64,000 nucleotides of DNA, from assembly GCA_044347615.1 (NCBI GenBank), contig JBIKUK010000003.1, positions 209,151 through 273,150 of the forward strand. The letters are read 5' to 3'. The DNA comes from Bdellovibrionota bacterium (GTDB lineage Bacteria; Bdellovibrionota; UBA2428). Shown in pieces: positions 39,977-49,859 of this stretch (the first letter of the stretch is position 1; every line of letters begins with the position of its first letter). The notes beneath the pieces are model-generated. The model was not told the DNA's origin, ran no database searches, and worked only from the letters and a program-made list of their open reading frames with translations. A program made the position numbers and the translations under genes.

Positions 39977-41989
39977 TTATTGCCACTGAATATTTTTTAT
40001 AAAGTCCTGACAGGTTTCGCGAATTTTTTGCTCTCCCATTGAAGAAAGTAATCCACAAGAAGTAACTGGTAAGCTTAGAATTTTTTCTTTTTTCTTTGAA
40101 GAGCTTACGGATTTCAAAACATTCAAAATGTAAACATATTTACCTTGAGCTTGCCCCTGTCCGTTATAGGGGGGGCGCTGATTCAAAATTTTCTCCCAAG
40201 CTTCGAAGTAATCTGGACTTCCTCCTTCATCTGGCCTGAAATAACTTCCAACCTTAAGCTGGATGTCTCCATTTTTTTCAGTTAAAGAAAATGATTTAAG
40301 ATTCAATTGAAATAAATCACGGGGATCTGAATAAAAAGAAAGCTTTAATTCAGCATCATCACTGAAATCCTTCGATTGAGCTTTTCCGGAATATTTTCCC
40401 AACTTCCAAGTAAAATTTTCTTTATTATCAATTTCAATATCAGATAAAGCACCTGGCAACTTCCACTCCTGAGGCAAATGAATCCACTCTTTCCAATCAC
40501 GGATTTTCCCACTGTAATCAATCACATAACGATTCAATGACTTTCGAGTCATGATTCTTGTAAAATCTTTAAGGCTATAAGGATCTGAGAAAAAGGCACA
40601 AAAGACTCCCCCAGGTGAGGGCAAACAATTCATTTCTAAAACACGATCGTCAAAATAACTCGTCCAAACACTCGTCATCCATTTTCTTTTAAAACCATCA
40701 CGCCATTCAAAAGTTTCCTGAGGTTTACCATAGCTTTTAATGGCAATTTTTCGACCTAAAAAAGAACGAGTCCAATTCAAATGTTTTAAAAGTGACTCCA
40801 AAATTCCCTTTGAGTCGTTAAAAAAATCTAGAAGCTTTGTCTTCTTAGGTTTTTCTAAATAAAAAAATGCCGATTTGTAGCTTTGGCTTTTTTCAATCAA
40901 CATAAGTCGATCAACACTCAGCTGAACGACAGTCCAATCAATCGGATCAGTATACCAGCGATCATTTGTATCTTTATAAATAACTCCCGCCAGATCGTAG
41001 GATGTTGTATCCTTTGCCCACTTTTGGAGCTTAGAGTCCGTCGGGAAAACACTGTCCCGATATTTTCGATCAAAATCATTTTGAAGATTTTGGTAAAACT
41101 TTAAATAATCTTGATTTGCAGCTTTGGTAAGCTCGACAATACTTGAAGGTAAAGGAAAAGAAAACTTCCAATCCTTTGAAAGCCTCTTTTTAAAATAGGA
41201 AACAGAAACATCCTGAACAAAAAAATCTGCTTTTTTAACTTTATTTAACTCACTAAAGGGAATGGCAAAATTTAAATTTTCACTCTCTGTTCTTCGAACC
41301 ACAACGCCCATAACTTCAAGATTTTTATTTAAAAGTGGCCCGCCTGAATTTCCAGGTGAAGCAGGTGCCGAATAGCGAAGGTCATTCCAATCACCATTCA
41401 CAGGCTCTGGAGTAAATGAGGTGATATACCCGCTTCGAGTCACAATTCCATCGCCCAATGCATTTCCTGCAGTAAACACAAACTGACCAATTCGTGATTC
41501 AGGAGCAACTTTTAAAGGCTCGATCTCAGCTGGAGCTTTTTTTAACGAAAACTCTATCAAATCTCTATGCTGAGAGTAGCGATGAACTTGATCAATTTCA
41601 TAAACCTTTCCGTTGATATCTCTTAACTTTAAAGGACCCACTAGCGTTGGCTCATCTAAATTAAAAACATGAGCGGCACTCACAAACCGATTTTTAGAAA
41701 TTGCAAAAGCAGTCCCAATTCCACGATAAGGACTTTTTCTCAATTTATATGGCAAAAGATGAAGAGGAAGCTCTTCTTCATAAACAATATTTTTATCTTC
41801 AACTTGGGGAACCACAACCTCAAAAACAGCTTTCAATAATCGAACATACTGCTCTTCTGTTAGTTGCATGTCAGAGCGAGTATCTTGGGCAAAAGACGAA
41901 TAAGCTTGCGATTGCTCTAAGATCGAAGTGCTTTTACTGGAACAAGCAGCCAAAATAAACAAAAGAATACTCGAAATTTTTATTTTCAC
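39977..41989 (-). CDS. trypsin-like (S1/S1C-type) serine protease lipoprotein with large C-terminal extension
   Basis: GTG start overlapping the murF stop (GTGA). Lipobox FILAACSS. His block FVSAAHVF and Ser block PGNSGGPLL. About 400 aa of unknown C-terminal domain. Confidence 0.8.
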   Translation of the reverse strand: MKIKISSILLFILAACSSKSTSILEQSQAYSSFAQDTRSDMQLTEEQYVRLLKAVFEVVVPQVEDKNIVYEEELPLHLLPYKLRKSPYRGIGTAFAISKNRFVSAAHVFNLDEPTLVGPLKLRDINGKVYEIDQVHRYSQHRDLIEFSLKKAPAEIEPLKVAPESRIGQFVFTAGNALGDGIVTRSGYITSFTPEPVNGDWNDLRYSAPASPGNSGGPLLNKNLEVMGVVVRRTESENLNFAIPFSELNKVKKADFFVQDVSVSYFKKRLSKDWKFSFPLPSSIVELTKAANQDYLKFYQNLQNDFDRKYRDSVFPTDSKLQKWAKDTTSYDLAGVIYKDTNDRWYTDPIDWTVVQLSVDRLMLIEKSQSYKSAFFYLEKPKKTKLLDFFNDSKGILESLLKHLNWTRSFLGRKIAIKSYGKPQETFEWRDGFKRKWMTSVWTSYFDDRVLEMNCLPSPGGVFCAFFSDPYSLKDFTRIMTRKSLNRYVIDYSGKIRDWKEWIHLPQEWKLPGALSDIEIDNKENFTWKLGKYSGKAQSKDFSDDAELKLSFYSDPRDLFQLNLKSFSLTEKNGDIQLKVGSYFRPDEGGSPDYFEAWEKILNQRPPYNGQGQAQGKYVYILNVLKSVSSSKKKEKILSLPVTSCGLLSSMGEQKIRETCQDFIKNIQWQ

Positions 41990-43242
41990 GATTTAAAATC
42001 CCCATATATTTTATTCAAAATATTTTCTATTTGAGTTCCCCGACTTCCCTTAGCCAAAACAAGTCCAGGAGTCCGAAATTCCTTCAAAAGCGATTCATCT
42101 AAAGGCGCTTTTGAATGATCTACATGTAAAACTTCGGGCGAATTCCAAAGCTTCGCATATTTGGAAAACTGAGGCCCCACACACAGTACAATACTTGGGC
42201 GAGACTGAAGAGCTTCGTTAAAAATTTTTTCATGATGAAGATCAGACTCAACTCCCAAGTCTAGCATGTCTCCCAAGATTAATTTTAGCTTTAAGCCTTT
42301 CACCTGCGCACTTTCGATTGCACTCCTAAGCGCCGCTCTCATTGAGCTAGGATTTGCATTATAGTGATCTCTTAACACAACAAGATCCTTCCGAACTTGC
42401 CACTCAGCACCTCTTCCATCAGGAAGAGAAATGGTTTTTAAAGATTTTATAATTTGATCATCAGTCACACCCAAATCCTGAGCAACGGAGATAGCAAGTG
42501 ACAAGTTTTGAAGCGCATGAAGAGATAAATTCTCTACCCTAAACCGTAAATCTATATCTTCAGGTTTGGAAGGAGTTAAAGTGGCTCCCATACTCTTAAG
42601 TTTACACAAGAAAGGATCTTTCGCAGGACAATAAAACTTATCGTTATTTTTTAGAATGAAATCCGCTAAAACCCTTTCCTCTTGAAACACACCCTCAAGA
42701 TTACCTAATAGATTTAAATGCTCTTCTCCTATAGAAGTAAGAACTCCCACCTTTGGTTGTACAAGCGCAACATTTTGCTTCATGTCTCCAGGAGCATCAG
42801 TTCCAATTTCGATAATAGCAATCTCAACTTCAGAGCGTAATTTCTCTAAAGTCTTGGGTAATCCCAATTTTCCATTTTGAGACTTTTCTGTTCGAATACA
42901 ATTAAATTGAGTACTTAAAATTTGGTAAAGAAAATCTTTGGTTGAAGTTTTTCCGTTACTTCCCCCCACTCCAATCACAATTCCTTTAAATTTTTTTCGA
43001 AAATGGAATGCAATTTCCCAATGAATCTCTTGAGTGTTTATGACTTCAAATATTCGCTCATCTTTTATGCCGACATCTCTTTCAACAAAAACAGCGAGAA
43101 CATTTTTTTGGAGAACATCTTTTACAAAATCATGACCATCGATCTTATCCCCTTTGAGAGCCACAAAAATTCCATCTTTTGAAACTTCTCCAGAATGAGT
43201 AGAGAAATGTGTCGCTTTTTGAACTAATAAATCAATGTCCAT
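41986..43242 (-). CDS. murF: UDP-N-acetylmuramoyl-tripeptide--D-alanyl-D-alanine ligase
   Basis: IFVALKGDKIDGHDF, P-loop GVGGSNGKTSTK, DHYNANPSSM and KGSRGTQIE. All parallel E. coli MurF. The N-terminus is about 18 aa shorter. Confidence 0.85.
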   Translation of the reverse strand: MDIDLLVQKATHFSTHSGEVSKDGIFVALKGDKIDGHDFVKDVLQKNVLAVFVERDVGIKDERIFEVINTQEIHWEIAFHFRKKFKGIVIGVGGSNGKTSTKDFLYQILSTQFNCIRTEKSQNGKLGLPKTLEKLRSEVEIAIIEIGTDAPGDMKQNVALVQPKVGVLTSIGEEHLNLLGNLEGVFQEERVLADFILKNNDKFYCPAKDPFLCKLKSMGATLTPSKPEDIDLRFRVENLSLHALQNLSLAISVAQDLGVTDDQIIKSLKTISLPDGRGAEWQVRKDLVVLRDHYNANPSSMRAALRSAIESAQVKGLKLKLILGDMLDLGVESDLHHEKIFNEALQSRPSIVLCVGPQFSKYAKLWNSPEVLHVDHSKAPLDESLLKEFRTPGLVLAKGSRGTQIENILNKIYGDFKS

Positions 43243-43256
43243 CTTTGATTAGGATA

Positions 43257-44519
43257 TCAAAAATTTTGCTGAATAAACGATTTAAAAAAATCTCCTCGTT
43301 CTTCAAAGCTTTTAAATTCATCCAAACTTGTTCCACCGGGGCTTAAAACAAGTAATGATTTTTCTTGAAAGCGCTTTTGAATAGAAGATAAAGCCTCTTT
43401 AAGATTTTGAGCCACTTCACCCTTCAAGCCCGTCACATCTTTGATCAAAGTTCCTGACTCACCAAAAAAAACAAGCTCAAGAGCCTGATCGCTCCATAAT
43501 CTTTTTAACTTAGTCCAAGGAAGGTTTTTATCTCGCCCACCCAAAAGCCAAATGAGGGTCTGATCGGGAAATCTTTCTCGTAAAGCCGCATATGCAGACA
43601 ACACACTTTCAACTGTTGTGGCTTTGCTATCATTTACAAAAAATGAGTTTTTATGAGTAAAAAGCTCAACCCTGTGAGGAAGAGCTTCTGCTAAATTTAA
43701 AGCATCTATAACCTGAGCCTCATCAAGATCAGGCGATGCTAAAAATTCGAGCAAAGCGGCCAAATTTACACGATTGTGCTCGCCTAAAAGCTGAGAATGC
43801 CTAAAGAGGGCTGAAGATTTAGAAGGATCTATCCACCGTATTCTGTTTGTAAAGCCACTCATGTGAGCAAAATGCTGTAAATCTCCACCTGGCTGAATTC
43901 CCCAAACACCCTCACGTGTAAAATCAAGCATTCTCAATTTTGCGAGGTAATAAGCATCTAGATTTTTGTAACGATCCAGATGATTGGGGTGAAGGTTTAA
44001 AATGAGGCCGCGATCAATCATGAAAGCCATTCGCTCAATTTGATAACTCGACATTTCGATAATTAGATACTCAGCCTTTTCACGATTGTATTTTTTGAGA
44101 TTCAAAACGTACTGAATAAAAGGAACACCAAAGTTTCCGCCTATAAAAACTTTTTTCTGTAAAGAAGATAGTGCCTGATAAGCAACCCACGCACTTGTGC
44201 TTTTTCCCACGCTTCCCGTTATGGCGTAAACTTTTTCATCTGTTAAAAAAGAAGCTGCTATATCCATCTCTTGGAGCAAGCAAACTCCCTGCTTTACAAG
44301 TTCATCTACAAAGGAAGAATAAGGAACCCCAGGGGAGATAATGGCATGAGACCATTTTTTATTGAGAACTTCTGTTTGATTTTTAAAATCGCTTCTAGAA
44401 AGAACATCATCGTAAAAAAAGATTTCTAATTGTGGATAAAGAAAACTCAAAAGCTCATGAACAGCTTCTCCACTGCGTGCGCGACCCAAAACTAAAACAG
44501 GCCCGTTTGCTGAAAACAC
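43257..44519 (-). CDS. murD: UDP-N-acetylmuramoylalanine--D-glutamate ligase
   Basis: AITGSVGKSTS, LPHRVE, NDSKATTV, GGRDK, and VLSPGGTSLDEFKSFEERGDFF, which parallels E. coli [22 protein letters not shown]. Confidence 0.9.
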   Translation of the reverse strand: MFSANGPVLVLGRARSGEAVHELLSFLYPQLEIFFYDDVLSRSDFKNQTEVLNKKWSHAIISPGVPYSSFVDELVKQGVCLLQEMDIAASFLTDEKVYAITGSVGKSTSAWVAYQALSSLQKKVFIGGNFGVPFIQYVLNLKKYNREKAEYLIIEMSSYQIERMAFMIDRGLILNLHPNHLDRYKNLDAYYLAKLRMLDFTREGVWGIQPGGDLQHFAHMSGFTNRIRWIDPSKSSALFRHSQLLGEHNRVNLAALLEFLASPDLDEAQVIDALNLAEALPHRVELFTHKNSFFVNDSKATTVESVLSAYAALRERFPDQTLIWLLGGRDKNLPWTKLKRLWSDQALELVFFGESGTLIKDVTGLKGEVAQNLKEALSSIQKRFQEKSLLVLSPGGTSLDEFKSFEERGDFFKSFIQQNF

Positions 44520-44574
44520 TCTTTAAAATTACACGCTCTTAAGTTGAGTGACAAACTTTTTTAAAATTTAACTT

Positions 44575-45858
44575 CTAAGCTGCGAGACGCTTTTCTATAT
44601 TTCTTTTGGAAGGAAATTTAAGTTCAAAACAAGCGCCTCCCAGAGAATTATCTGTCGATCTTCTTACACTTAATTCGCACTCATGATTTTCGGCGATTAT
44701 TTTTGAAATATAAAGCCCCAAACCACTTCCCTCTTCACCCTTGGTACTAAAGAATGGTCTAAAAATCTTTTCCTCAAGCTCCGTAGAAACACCAGGGCCA
44801 CTATCTTCTACAAAAATAATCACTTGATTTTCTTCAAGGCGTGCACCAACTTTAACTTTTTTCAATGAAGCTTCTTTAACCGCCATTAATGCATTCAACA
44901 TAAAATTCATCACGACTTGCCCAATTTCAACCCTATTTCCTAAAAGGTGACACTCTGAATTTTCATAATTTATTTGCAGCTCAACATCTTGAGCTTTAAA
45001 AGCATGTCTTGCTAAAATATCTAAGTTCTTGAAAAGTTCTTCTAAAGAAAAATCTACTTCTTGACTAGGCTGAAGCCTTGAAAAAGAACGAAACCCTAAG
45101 ATGAGATCCTTGACTCGAGTCACATTCGCTTCAATTCTCTCCATCATTTCACGAAACTTTATATTAAGCCTCAATTCTTCTGCTTCACTTAGTTGTCCAA
45201 AAAAACCTTGCAGGTTTGTGATAGGATTACTTAACTCGTGAATGAGGGCGGCACTCAACTCTCCCATTGTCTGTAGTCTTGAGGCGTGAATTCTTTGCTG
45301 ATTAAAATCATTTCTCCCTCGCAAAGCCTCTAGCTTCTGAAGAGTTAGTTTCTTACCAAGTTCTCGAATTGAATTAAACAAGTACAAAGAGCAGAGGGTA
45401 ACCCCAGCCCCCACCAAAGAACTTCCCATTTTTTCGATTTCAGGAATTTCACCAAAAACCCAGTACGTGTGTACTGACCAAAGAGCTGCTGTAAAAACAC
45501 TCTTTAAAACCCACGAGCCAAAAAGATCTCCTGCAAGAAAAGCTGGAACAATTAATAACACTGAAGGCAATCGATCAAACTCGCTCTGCAAAGCAAGCAT
45601 GTGTGCGACCAAAGCTGAGAGTACAACTAAACCCTTTAAATTTTCTAAAACTACATTTTTATTTTTTAAAGGAATGGTCGTTAAGAAGAGAATCCCGTAA
45701 CTTATAAAACTTAGTGATTCTTTTTCTGGTCCAGCCCAAAATAAAAAGCCAGCACCCATCAATCCAAAAGCTAACCAAATGCCTATTCGATAAAGCCATT
45801 CAAACGAATCAAGAGCCTCTTCTATAATGGAAGCCCTATCGGAAGCCACTTTCTTCAC
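44575..45858 (-). CDS. membrane sensor histidine kinase (multi-TM input, HisKA + HATPase_c)
   Basis: About 5-6 N-terminal TM helices. H-box AALIHELSNPITNL, N-box MNFMLNAL, G-boxes DSGPGV and GSGLGLYIS. No response regulator is adjacent. Confidence 0.85.
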   Translation of the reverse strand: MKKVASDRASIIEEALDSFEWLYRIGIWLAFGLMGAGFLFWAGPEKESLSFISYGILFLTTIPLKNKNVVLENLKGLVVLSALVAHMLALQSEFDRLPSVLLIVPAFLAGDLFGSWVLKSVFTAALWSVHTYWVFGEIPEIEKMGSSLVGAGVTLCSLYLFNSIRELGKKLTLQKLEALRGRNDFNQQRIHASRLQTMGELSAALIHELSNPITNLQGFFGQLSEAEELRLNIKFREMMERIEANVTRVKDLILGFRSFSRLQPSQEVDFSLEELFKNLDILARHAFKAQDVELQINYENSECHLLGNRVEIGQVVMNFMLNALMAVKEASLKKVKVGARLEENQVIIFVEDSGPGVSTELEEKIFRPFFSTKGEEGSGLGLYISKIIAENHECELSVRRSTDNSLGGACFELKFPSKRNIEKRLAA

Positions 45859-45921
45859 AGAATCTTTATCGGAGATGCCTTTAAAGGCTTAAGTCAATTT
45901 ATTGATGTCAAAAAAATTGGG

Positions 45922-46374
45922 CTAGAACCAGTATCTAAAACCTAGGCCTAAAGGAACTCCTCTGAAAAATTTATTTGGTAAATTAATTCCTGCACTAAAA
46001 AGAAGTTGAAAATGCGTCGTCATTTGCCACAAGTAATTTGCATAAATAGAAAACTGAAAAGACCCTCGACGCTCACCTCTATAATCCCAAAAAAGAGGGC
46101 CGGCCTCGGCTGACAATTCAAAAGGCTCTAAATGCCAGTTCAAACTCAAAGCGGGGCTTTTATAAAATTTATTTATTTCAAAAGCTACCCCAACTGAAAA
46201 ATCGTTCATAAAAGCATAAGAAAAAACACTTCTTGTTTGAAAAACTTCTAAGTTATTATTCCATGATTCCACAACATGAATCACATAATCACCTTGATCT
46301 GTTGCAAAAGCGCGTGAGGGACTAATCCATGTAAAAATACAAAGAAAAAAAGTTATATATAATTTCTTAGTCAA
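45922..46374 (-). CDS. small hypothetical outer-membrane beta-barrel protein
   Basis: The TTG at 46374 lies 5 nt after a GAGG and gives MTKKLYITFFLCIFTWISPSRAFA. This avoids the 32-nt overlap with glpX that the longer ORF would have. C-terminus is GLGFRYWF. Confidence 0.5.
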   Translation of the reverse strand: MTKKLYITFFLCIFTWISPSRAFATDQGDYVIHVVESWNNNLEVFQTRSVFSYAFMNDFSVGVAFEINKFYKSPALSLNWHLEPFELSAEAGPLFWDYRGERRGSFQFSIYANYLWQMTTHFQLLFSAGINLPNKFFRGVPLGLGFRYWF

Positions 46375-46381
46375 ACAAACC

Positions 46382-47344
46382 TCACGTTGCTTTTTTCTTC
46401 TGTTCAAAAACATGTCGAGTTTGAATTTCTCGGATAGTTCTTGTTTTACTTCTCATAACAATCGAGTGAGAAGTGCAACCATAAGCCGTAAAGTTAATAC
46501 CTTTCAACCAAGAGCCATCGGTAACGCCAGTGGCACAAAACATAACTTCTCCTTTTGCCAACTCTTCGATTGAATAAATTTTATTTAAGTCCGTAATACC
46601 CATTGCTTTTGCACGTTGGACCTCTTCATCGTTTCTCCATTTGAGCTGTCCCCAAAAATCACCGCCCAAACACTTCAAAGCGGCTGCTGCAATGACTCCC
46701 TCAGGAGCTCCACCTGTTCCTAAAAGTAAATCAATGCCTGTTTCCGGGTTGCATGTCGAAATGGCAGCCGACACATCTCCATCACCAATCAAGCGAATAC
46801 GAGCTCCCATCGCTCGAACTTCTTCGATCAATCCCTTGTGACGATCGCGATCCAAAATAATCACAGTCGTTTCTTGAATTGATTTTCCCTTAGCTTTTGC
46901 AACAGTTGTCAAAATTTCTTTTGTGCTCATTCCCCACTTGATCAGTCCTCGACACTCGGGACCAACGGCAATCTTATCCATATAGGTGTCAGGAGCGTGT
47001 AAGAAATGCCCCTTTTCACCAACCGCAATCACAGAAATGGCATTGCTGTGACCAAGAGCCACTAGATTTGTTCCCTCTAAGGGATCGAGCGCCACATCAA
47101 CTGCGGGACTTCCTTTTTCGCGCAAGCCAAACTCTTCGCCAATGTAAAGCATGGGAGCTTCGTCGCGCTCGCCTTCTCCAATCACCACTGTTCCAGAAAC
47201 ATCCAAAACATCCAAAGCTCTTCTCATCGCATCGACCGCAGCTTGATCAGCCTCATCGCGCTTTCCTCTTCCCATCCACCTTGCAGAATTAATTGCAGCC
47301 GCTTCTGTTACACGTATAAATTCAAGAGCTAAATTTCTATCCAT
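46382..47344 (-). CDS. glpX: class II fructose-1,6-bisphosphatase GlpX
   Basis: 320 aa; MDRNLALEFIRVTEAAA..., GEGERDEAPMLYIGE, DPLEGT, and GTGGAPEGV. Confidence 0.93.
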   Translation of the reverse strand: MDRNLALEFIRVTEAAAINSARWMGRGKRDEADQAAVDAMRRALDVLDVSGTVVIGEGERDEAPMLYIGEEFGLREKGSPAVDVALDPLEGTNLVALGHSNAISVIAVGEKGHFLHAPDTYMDKIAVGPECRGLIKWGMSTKEILTTVAKAKGKSIQETTVIILDRDRHKGLIEEVRAMGARIRLIGDGDVSAAISTCNPETGIDLLLGTGGAPEGVIAAAALKCLGGDFWGQLKWRNDEEVQRAKAMGITDLNKIYSIEELAKGEVMFCATGVTDGSWLKGINFTAYGCTSHSIVMRSKTRTIREIQTRHVFEQKKKAT

Positions 47345-47420
47345 GCTGAAAAGTCTATCTGAAGAAAACTCACTCAGCTAGAAGCCTTGCGCAGGGTTTC
47401 TTTTATATAATAAAAATTAT

Positions 47421-49826
47421 CTAAGTGGATTCTTCCACGATGGTTACGCCATCTCCGCCTTCTCCAGGCCAAGATCCCGTTCTGAATTTGAACTCTGTTC
47501 TTTCTTTTTCAAGATAAGTTCTAATTCTTTCTTTAAGGACTTCTTTTCCATGACCATGGATAATTGTAACGGAACTCACTTCACGAGCTGTTAATTGATT
47601 AAGAGCCGAATCAATCTTGCGAGAAGCCTCGTCCCAAGTTTTACCTCGAACATCACAAATAAAACTTCCAACTTGTGCCTTTGATTGAGCAAGAACTTGG
47701 GTCTTCGCACCAGATTTTCTTTTTTCAACTCCAAGCCAACTCTTACGACTTTGATCGAAACGAAGCTTTTCCTCATTTGTCACATCAAAAATTCGCTCAA
47801 CACCCACCCGAGTTTTTATCTCTCCCACTTTTACAGAAACCGTGGCTTTTGCATTAGCTTGAGACTGAAAATCTTCTTCCACTTGGCCCATTCCAAGACC
47901 CGCAATTTCCACGATCATTCCTTTTTTTAAAATTTGCGGATCAATTCCTCTCTTAGGCTGAACAAAAGGGACATCTTCAGAGCTTAGTTTTTTTAATTCC
48001 TGAGTTTTTTGAGAAATATCCTCAAAAATCTCCGTGGATTCTTTGCCCTCATTTTTTAAGGAAAGAATTTTTCCAGCTAATTCTTCTCGAAGTGCTTTAA
48101 AGTCACGGAGTACTTCTTTTGCTTCTTCTCTTGAGAGATTTCTTAGCTTTTCTTCAGCAAGTTCTTTGAGCCTATTAACCTCTTTGTTCTTTTGCTGAAA
48201 TGATTTTTTTGATTCTTCAACTTCCAGCAATTTATCTTCAAAATGTTTTCGACTTTTTTCTAAGTTCTTAAGTGCTTTGGTAAGATCTTTTGAGTCGTCT
48301 CCCAACAATTGTCGCGCGCGAGTTAAAACTCCTTGAGGAATTCCAAGACGATCTGCCGCATCGAGCGCAGAAGATTCACCCGGAACGTCCATAACAATCT
48401 TAAACAGAGGCGTTCTTTTTTGAGTATTATAAGCCATCGAGGCGACTCGACATCGCTCATCTGCCAGCGCCATTACTTTGAGCGCACCGTAGTGAGTTGT
48501 CACAAAAACCCGCACACCTTTTTCTAAAAAATACTCAATCACTGCGCGCGCAAGCGCCTGACCTTCTTCAGGTGCGGTTCCTGTAGCAATTTCGTCAATG
48601 AGCACCAAATCGCCAGGTGAAGCTTCTTTAAAAATTCGGCTTAAAGAATGAATATGGGCTGAAAAAGTAGAAAGTTTTTCAAAAAGATTTTGATCATCGC
48701 CCATCTCGGCAAAAACTTTTTTTAATTCAAAAGGAACTTTGGCAGATTTTGCACAAACAGGAATTCCCGCTCTAGCAAAAAGAAGAGCCATGCCAACACT
48801 TTTTAAAAGAACCGTTTTTCCACCTGTATTGGGACCCGATAAAATTAGCGCCTCTTTCCATTCCAAGCTGTTTGAGACAACTTTTGTTTGTAGCGACAAA
48901 AGAGGATGCGCTAAGTAATCAAACGATAAGTCATCACTCTGTGAAGCCACACAAAAGTTATCCCACTTCGAAACAACTCGAGAAACTGCTTGCAAATAAT
49001 CTGCAAGCGCCAGCTGCTCTTGATTGCTGATAAAAAAAGGCACGACATCTTTTGAGCGATCGACGACTTGAGCAAGAATTCGCTCAATTTCTATTTCAAT
49101 TTCGCGCTCGGTAACCTTGAGTTGATTGTTGAGATCAACAATCGCTTGAGGTTCCACAAAAATTGTTGATTCAGTTTTTGAAACATCATGAATGATTCCA
49201 GGCATTCGTCCCTTGTAATTATTTTTAACAGGAAGAACATAGCGACCATCACGCAAGGTCACATAATTATCACGCATGACTTCTGCAAGATGAGGATCTT
49301 GAAGATAATCCTTCAAGCGATCATCAATACGATTTTTTAAATCGCGTGCCATCATTCGCAGAGCACGCAGATCTTCTGAAGCAGAATCAGAAATTTGCCC
49401 GTGCTGATCGATGAGTGGAAAGTGAACGTCACACCAATCTTTCAGAGGTTCGAGCAAATTTAAAACTTTTTGAAGAGAGGGCAACTGACTTGTTTGAACA
49501 ACCGATCTTAAACTTATGACACCCTTTTGATTGCGAATGACTTGAGCAAACTCCTCGACACTTATCGCTCCCCCTCTAGCCATTCGTTTGTAGACCATGT
49601 TCAAATCAGACAAATCACTCAAGGGGAGTTGTTTTTCTTTAGATTGAAGAGCGACCACATCGATGATTGCTTCGGCGATCGTAGAGGATTTTTTTCTTTC
49701 CCAAAAGTCAGGACGAAAAACTGCGATAAAAGATTGCCCCATAGGGGATAGGGCATTTTGAGTAAGAATCTCTAAAAACCGATTCCACTCTAAAACATCA
49801 AGGGTTTTCTCAAAAGCTGTCGTCAC
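47421..49826 (-). CDS. mutS2: endonuclease MutS2 (MutS ATPase + C-terminal Smr)
   Basis: 801 aa, GTG start. Walker A GPNTGGKT, Walker B LVLIDEI, coiled-coil linker, and Smr domain TIIHGHGKEVLKERIRTYL. Confidence 0.92.
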   Translation of the reverse strand: MTTAFEKTLDVLEWNRFLEILTQNALSPMGQSFIAVFRPDFWERKKSSTIAEAIIDVVALQSKEKQLPLSDLSDLNMVYKRMARGGAISVEEFAQVIRNQKGVISLRSVVQTSQLPSLQKVLNLLEPLKDWCDVHFPLIDQHGQISDSASEDLRALRMMARDLKNRIDDRLKDYLQDPHLAEVMRDNYVTLRDGRYVLPVKNNYKGRMPGIIHDVSKTESTIFVEPQAIVDLNNQLKVTEREIEIEIERILAQVVDRSKDVVPFFISNQEQLALADYLQAVSRVVSKWDNFCVASQSDDLSFDYLAHPLLSLQTKVVSNSLEWKEALILSGPNTGGKTVLLKSVGMALLFARAGIPVCAKSAKVPFELKKVFAEMGDDQNLFEKLSTFSAHIHSLSRIFKEASPGDLVLIDEIATGTAPEEGQALARAVIEYFLEKGVRVFVTTHYGALKVMALADERCRVASMAYNTQKRTPLFKIVMDVPGESSALDAADRLGIPQGVLTRARQLLGDDSKDLTKALKNLEKSRKHFEDKLLEVEESKKSFQQKNKEVNRLKELAEEKLRNLSREEAKEVLRDFKALREELAGKILSLKNEGKESTEIFEDISQKTQELKKLSSEDVPFVQPKRGIDPQILKKGMIVEIAGLGMGQVEEDFQSQANAKATVSVKVGEIKTRVGVERIFDVTNEEKLRFDQSRKSWLGVEKRKSGAKTQVLAQSKAQVGSFICDVRGKTWDEASRKIDSALNQLTAREVSSVTIIHGHGKEVLKERIRTYLEKERTEFKFRTGSWPGEGGDGVTIVEEST

Positions 49827-49859
49827 GGGTGTTTTCTCTCTATTTTTTGCATTCTCTCT

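Noticed and set aside
49827-49859. A near-duplicate of AAAAATAGAGAGA (minus strand) between the NFACT stop and the mutS2 GTG start.
   Set aside because: It is a short purine-rich duplication that probably just provides the SD region for mutS2. There is no evidence of a repeat family.
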